Virus record (IMG/VR): IMGVR_UViG_3300025320_000141
Coordinates: 1 to 30,074 of that record
Length of the DNA: 30,074 nucleotides
Direction: 5' to 3' (one strand)
Origin: a virus
Taxonomy: Duplodnaviria > Caudoviricetes
Shown here: positions 26,292-30,074 of the stretch, in pieces
Layout of the letters: each line of letters starts with the position of its first letter
Numbering within the stretch: position 1 is the stretch's first letter
Notes under the pieces: generated by a model
Databases searched by the model: none
What the model was told of the DNA's origin: nothing
What the model saw: only the letters and a program-made list of their open reading frames with translations
Program-made: the position numbers and the translations under genes

Positions 26292-27662
26292 TCAATCATC
26301 CGGCTGTGCGGCGGCGCGGAGGCGGTAATCCTCGAAGATCGCGCCGCCGGGCATCGGCGCGAGGAACAGTTCGGTCAAGGCCCAGACGAGCGCGTCGACC
26401 CGGTCGGGCGAATAGCCGGCGACGTCGCGGTCGAAATCGGCGCTGAACGCGCACATCTGGTCCTCCAGCGCTGCGAAGGCGCCGATGTGGTGCACCCTCC
26501 CCTGTTCGTAGAGCGCGGCGACCGGCTCGGCGCGGGCCACCTTGCCGTGCGCGGCGTGCACCGCGGTGAACGGCGCGTTCGGGTCGACCGTGCGCAGCAT
26601 CGCCTCGACCATCTCGCCGCCGTTGTTCACCTCCGCGACGATGCGGTCGGCATGATGCGTGCGATACGCAATGATCGCGGCCCTCGCCCATTCGAGCGGC
26701 GCGTACCGGTTCGACAGATCGGCCAAGACATAGCCGTGTCCCTCGGCGTCGCGGCCGGCGATGATGATGCCGGTTTCGTCGGCGTGCTCACCGGACGTCG
26801 CGGCCGGATCGATCGCGACGACGATCCGGACCAGATTTGGATGCGCGTTGATCCGGGCCGCATCGATCAGCCCATGCGTCCACAAGGCGCCCGGCATGTC
26901 GTCGAGCAATTCGCCGTCGAGTTCCTGGCGGCCGAGCCGGGTGCCCTCGTAGCGCCGCACGATCTGCGCGAGAAAAGCGGGCGCCAGATTGCCGGCTTTG
27001 TCGGCGGTTCGGCCGCGCGTCACCGCGACGCTCGGGTCGGCGAGCAGGTCGCGGATCAATTTGATCGGGCGCGGCGTCGTCGTGACGACGCAGCGCGGAT
27101 CGGCGCCCCCCGGACCAGCCAATCGCAGACCGAACATCAGCATGTCCCAGGCCTGCGGGTAGCGCCATGCGGCGAGCTCGTCGCACCAGGCGAGGTCGTG
27201 CTGCGGGCCGCGCAAGCGGTTGGGCTCGTCGGCCGAAAACAACGTCGCGACGGCGCCGTTATGCCAGGTCAGGCGGTGCAGCGACGGCTCGTAATGCGGC
27301 CGTTCGTGCGCTGGGCCGATCGACAACAGACCGCTCTCGCCCTCGACCATGACGCTGCGCGCGTCGAGCGCAGTCGGCGCGACAAGCGCGATATGCCGCG
27401 CCTCGCCGGATTTGACCTTTGCGCGGACATATTCGGCGCCGGTGCGGGTCTTGCCGAAGCCGCGCCCGGCGAGCAACAGCCAGATGCGCCAATCCCCAGG
27501 CGGCGGCTGTTGCTCAATCCGCCCCCAGAACTCCCATTCGTGCCGGAGCTTCCGGGCTTTCGGCTTCGGCGCTCCCCGGAGGAGCTCCGCTAGTTCCTCC
27601 TCGTCGAGCTCGCAGGCGAGCGATCTCGCGGATAAGGAACTCGCGGGGATCCTCTCCGTCAT
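26292..27662 (-). CDS. terL: Terminase large subunit, RcGTA-like
   Basis: Walker A AGRGFGKT, LRGPQHDLAWCDELAAW, VTTTPRP, VAIDPA, SPDRVDALVWALTEL. Confidence 0.95.
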   Translation of the reverse strand: MTERIPASSLSARSLACELDEEELAELLRGAPKPKARKLRHEWEFWGRIEQQPPPGDWRIWLLLAGRGFGKTRTGAEYVRAKVKSGEARHIALVAPTALDARSVMVEGESGLLSIGPAHERPHYEPSLHRLTWHNGAVATLFSADEPNRLRGPQHDLAWCDELAAWRYPQAWDMLMFGLRLAGPGGADPRCVVTTTPRPIKLIRDLLADPSVAVTRGRTADKAGNLAPAFLAQIVRRYEGTRLGRQELDGELLDDMPGALWTHGLIDAARINAHPNLVRIVVAIDPAATSGEHADETGIIIAGRDAEGHGYVLADLSNRYAPLEWARAAIIAYRTHHADRIVAEVNNGGEMVEAMLRTVDPNAPFTAVHAAHGKVARAEPVAALYEQGRVHHIGAFAALEDQMCAFSADFDRDVAGYSPDRVDALVWALTELFLAPMPGGAIFEDYRLRAAAQPDD

Positions 27663-28035
27663 CGTCGTCCTGCTCTCCGTTGCTCGCTTCGCTTTTCAGC
27701 TTCTCCAGCTTGTCGAGCCAGCGGAGCAGCAAGGCGAGCGCCGACGGCTTGTCATGCATCTTGACGCGATAGATCTTCTGATCCTTCGCGGATGCGATAA
27801 TCTCGGCGACGGCGGCCCGGTCGGCGTCGTCGAGATCGCCGGAGGCCGTCATCGTCAGCGTCTCGGTGTCCCAACTGACGACGCGCGTGATGTCGCCGAA
27901 GGCGATCCACGCAAGCGCCTGAAGCACGCGGTCCAATGTGATGCCGAGCCGCGCGGCGCGCTCGGCGACCTCTTCCAACGGCAACAGGCCGGCGATGCGC
28001 GCCGGCCCGTTCCGAAAGCCTTGCGGCTCGGCCAT
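27514..28035 (-). CDS. terS: Terminase small subunit, apparently lacking the N-terminal HTH
   Basis: ITLDRVLQALAWIAFGDI and VKMHDKPSAL match the Terminase_2 oligomerisation core; immediately upstream of and overlapping terL. Confidence 0.8.
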   Translation of the reverse strand: MAEPQGFRNGPARIAGLLPLEEVAERAARLGITLDRVLQALAWIAFGDITRVVSWDTETLTMTASGDLDDADRAAVAEIIASAKDQKIYRVKMHDKPSALALLLRWLDKLEKLKSEASNGEQDDDDGEDPREFLIREIARLRARRGGTSGAPPGSAEAESPEAPARMGVLGAD

Positions 28036-28039
28036 TTCT

Positions 28040-28095
28040 TCAATCCGGATTGTGCAGTGTGCCTGAGTCGTATCATATCAATCCGGATTTGTCAA
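28040..28095 (-). promoter_or_regulatory. Putative sigma70 promoter of the particle operon with two AATCCGGATT palindromes
   Basis: Minus strand TTGACA-N17-TACGAC with extended TG; TCAATCCGGATT at 28040 and 28078. Confidence 0.65.
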
Positions 28096-28108
28096 GTTAA
28101 AAATGTAG

Positions 28109-28996
28109 CTACCGCAAAAATTTTGGCGCATCGAGGTGCGATTCGAGCGCGCCGAGCGCTGCGATCAATATACCGGAAGCCGCTTCCTGGCTGACCCGCC
28201 GGCCGCTCCAGCCCTGGCCCAAAGCCCATTCCTTCAGCGGCAATTGCCAGCCGACGACATGCCACAGGCAGGAGCCGGCCGGGGAGCCGATGCCGCCGAC
28301 CGCCTGCACGGCGCGCCACACGGTCGCGCGGGCCGCCTCGGCGCGCGGCCCCGGCACCGCCTTGTCGGGACGCGGGCCCTCCTCGGCGATGCGCAGATGC
28401 GACGGATCCGAGGCGCGCAACGGGTCGAGCTGAGCCACCGTGAAGCGGGCGCGAAAATCTTCGCCGGCCTGGCGCATCGCCGGCGTGATCGAGCCGCGCC
28501 GCTCCATCACCGCGAGGGTATCGACCGCGCGATAAGGCCGCGACCGGCGGCCCGCCGCATCGAGGATCGGCTGCGCGAGGGGCTCGACAAGGCCGTGGCG
28601 CAGGCGCTCCGGGGTGGGGCCAAGATCGGAGGCCATCGCGTCCCGATCATCGTGCCGCTGGACGATATTGCGCTTCGACATGTTTCCTCCATGAACATAA
28701 CGTGAACGATCTGGCCATAAAAAAAGCCGGGTGACCCGGTCGAGGCGGCGCAGCAGCGGTTCGGGCGGCTCGCGCGCGTCCCGGCCGAGGCGACCGCCGA
28801 CGACCCGCGCCAAGGCTTCCTCTTCGGCGAGCTCGCGATGCTCGGCCCCGCTCCCGGGCGGCACATGGCACAGCGCATGATGCGCCGGGCAGAAGCTCGA
28901 CCCGGGCCGGCGGGGCTGGCCGCACGCGACCGCCTCGCGGCCCTCCTCGCCGAGCGGATAAGCACAGCCGAAATCCTCGTTGTGATCCTCGCGCAT
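28109..28996 (-). CDS. GcrA-C-terminal-like domain fused in frame to a DUF6456 (GafA/GafYZ-like) regulator; internal start at 28681
   Basis: CAYPLGE...CG...SFCPAH; DTLAVMERRGSIT...QAGEDF...LWHVVG...LKEWA...ILIAALGALESH; GGAGG SD before the ATG at 28681. Confidence 0.7.
   Translation of the reverse strand: MREDHNEDFGCAYPLGEEGREAVACGQPRRPGSSFCPAHHALCHVPPGSGAEHRELAEEEALARVVGGRLGRDAREPPEPLLRRLDRVTRLFLWPDRSRYVHGGNMSKRNIVQRHDDRDAMASDLGPTPERLRHGLVEPLAQPILDAAGRRSRPYRAVDTLAVMERRGSITPAMRQAGEDFRARFTVAQLDPLRASDPSHLRIAEEGPRPDKAVPGPRAEAARATVWRAVQAVGGIGSPAGSCLWHVVGWQLPLKEWALGQGWSGRRVSQEAASGILIAALGALESHLDAPKFLR
28693..28707. promoter_or_regulatory. Alphaproteobacterial LexA box-like site
   Basis: GAAC-ATAACGT-GAAC (GAAC-N7-GAAC) next to the internal RBS. 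Confidence 0.55.
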
Positions 28997-29106
28997 TCCA
29001 CCCCCTTGCGCTTTGTTCTTGTTATTCCAGCATTGCAGTCATATATTGTCGCTCAGTCGAATGTCAATGGGACAATTGCGTCATCATTGCTCTTAGGGTT
29101 GCGACA

Positions 29107-29775
29107 ATGGATACCTCATGGTTTATGCAGACGTTGGAGCGGGCCGGGCTCAGCCAAGCCGATCTGGCGCGGCATCTGCGCCTCGCGCCGTCGGCGGTCT
29201 CGCGCATGCTGAAGGGCGAGCGCCAGATGAAATTACTGGAAGCGGCGCAGACCGCGAGCTTTCTCGGCGTGTCGCAGGACGAGGTGCTGCGCCGCGCCTC
29301 GGGCGACGCGCCGCCGGGATCGGTGCCGGAGGGGCCGCGCCGCCGCGGCCGGCCGCCGCTCGCGGTCACGCAATTGCGCAGCCAGACCGGCAACGAGCCG
29401 ATCCCGATCCGCAGCGCCGCGCGCGGCGGCGGCGGCCAGGAAATGTTTCTCGAGGACGGGCCGATCGGCTACACGCCGCGCCCCTCGAACCTGAACGGCG
29501 TGCGCGGCGCCTATGCGATCTACATGATCGGCGACAGTATGGAGCCGCGCTATCAGCAGGGGTGGCTGCTGCACGTCAACCCGTTCAAGCCGGCGATCCG
29601 CGGCCGCGACGTCGTCGTCTACAAAAAGGACAAGGCGGCGCTGATCAAGCAATTCGTCGGCTGGGAGAAGGACGCGCTGGTGCTGCGGCAACTCAACCCG
29701 GCGCGCGACTTGAAGGTGCCGCGCGAGGAGGTCGCCGAAGTCCACCTCGTCGTCGGCGTCGACCAGGAGGGGTAA
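29107..29775 (+). CDS. XRE-HTH plus S24 peptidase repressor (CI/RogA-like)
   Basis: LSQADLARHLRLAPSAVSRMLKGER HTH; GDSMEPRY and LIKQF catalytic Ser/Lys motifs; divergent from the operon. Confidence 0.92.
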   Translation: MDTSWFMQTLERAGLSQADLARHLRLAPSAVSRMLKGERQMKLLEAAQTASFLGVSQDEVLRRASGDAPPGSVPEGPRRRGRPPLAVTQLRSQTGNEPIPIRSAARGGGGQEMFLEDGPIGYTPRPSNLNGVRGAYAIYMIGDSMEPRYQQGWLLHVNPFKPAIRGRDVVVYKKDKAALIKQFVGWEKDALVLRQLNPARDLKVPREEVAEVHLVVGVDQEG

Positions 29776-29819
29776 GACGGCGCGAGCAAGATGGGTTCAT
29801 GCCGCGTAATGGAGGCAAG

Positions 29820-30074
29820 ATGACCAAGACGGTTGATGTGACGATCCCGGTCGAGCCGGAGGCAGCTGCGGCGCTCGACGATGCGCGGAACCGGGAAGCG
29901 ATCGGGCGCCTCGTCAGCCGCGTGCTGCGGCCCGGCGCCGGCCCAACTCCGCTGGCGCGGGCGATAGCGGCAATGAAGGCCGAGGCTAGGGCAGCCGGCC
30001 TCACGGACGCCGAGATCGACGCCGAACTGGCGGCGTACAATGCTGAGCGGCGCGAGCCGAGCGGCAAGCGTTGA
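29820..30074 (+). CDS. Small protein, possible antitoxin
   Basis: GGAGG SD; AEARAAGLTDAEIDAELAAY resembles antitoxins found upstream of PIN toxins; no partner visible in the window. Confidence 0.55.
   Translation: MTKTVDVTIPVEPEAAAALDDARNREAIGRLVSRVLRPGAGPTPLARAIAAMKAEARAAGLTDAEIDAELAAYNAERREPSGKR

Noticed and set aside
28096-28112. CtrA box at the terS promoter
   Set aside because: Only a TTAAC half-site; no TTAA-N7-TTAA
29015-29028. Second LexA box GTTCTTGTTATTCC
   Set aside because: Second half-site and spacing do not match GTTC-N7-GTTC
1-30074. tRNA, rRNA, integrase, att sites or transposase
   Set aside because: None recognisable in the window; the flanks are unseen, so a larger prophage cannot be fully excluded

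Overview
GC-rich, probably alphaproteobacterial window holding a nearly complete phage-type particle operon on the minus strand, read right to left: TerS, TerL, portal, prohead protease, capsid, neck/tail completion, major tail protein, G/GT-type chaperone, short tape measure, DUF2460, DUF2163, NlpC/P60, a two-part tail protein and holin-like genes. Directly upstream sit a GcrA-like/DUF6456 (GafA/GafYZ-like) regulator and a divergent HTH-S24 repressor, with no replication, recombination or integrase genes between repressor and terminase. TerS appears to lack its N-terminal DNA-binding HTH. Together this suggests a compact, domesticated gene transfer agent (GTA)-like system with an RcGTA-like terminase and tail but a different head module; a defective prophage is not excluded. 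Most intergenic gaps carry an ordered, co-oriented composite palindromic repeat cassette (about 4 kb in total). Some repeats lie in frame inside genes, one supplies the portal stop codon, and one forms a hairpin just after the chaperone frameshift site. Cargo includes signal-peptide-bearing carbohydrate-active proteins, a hicBA pair and antisense inserts. Family names come from recognising motifs by eye; no database search was run.
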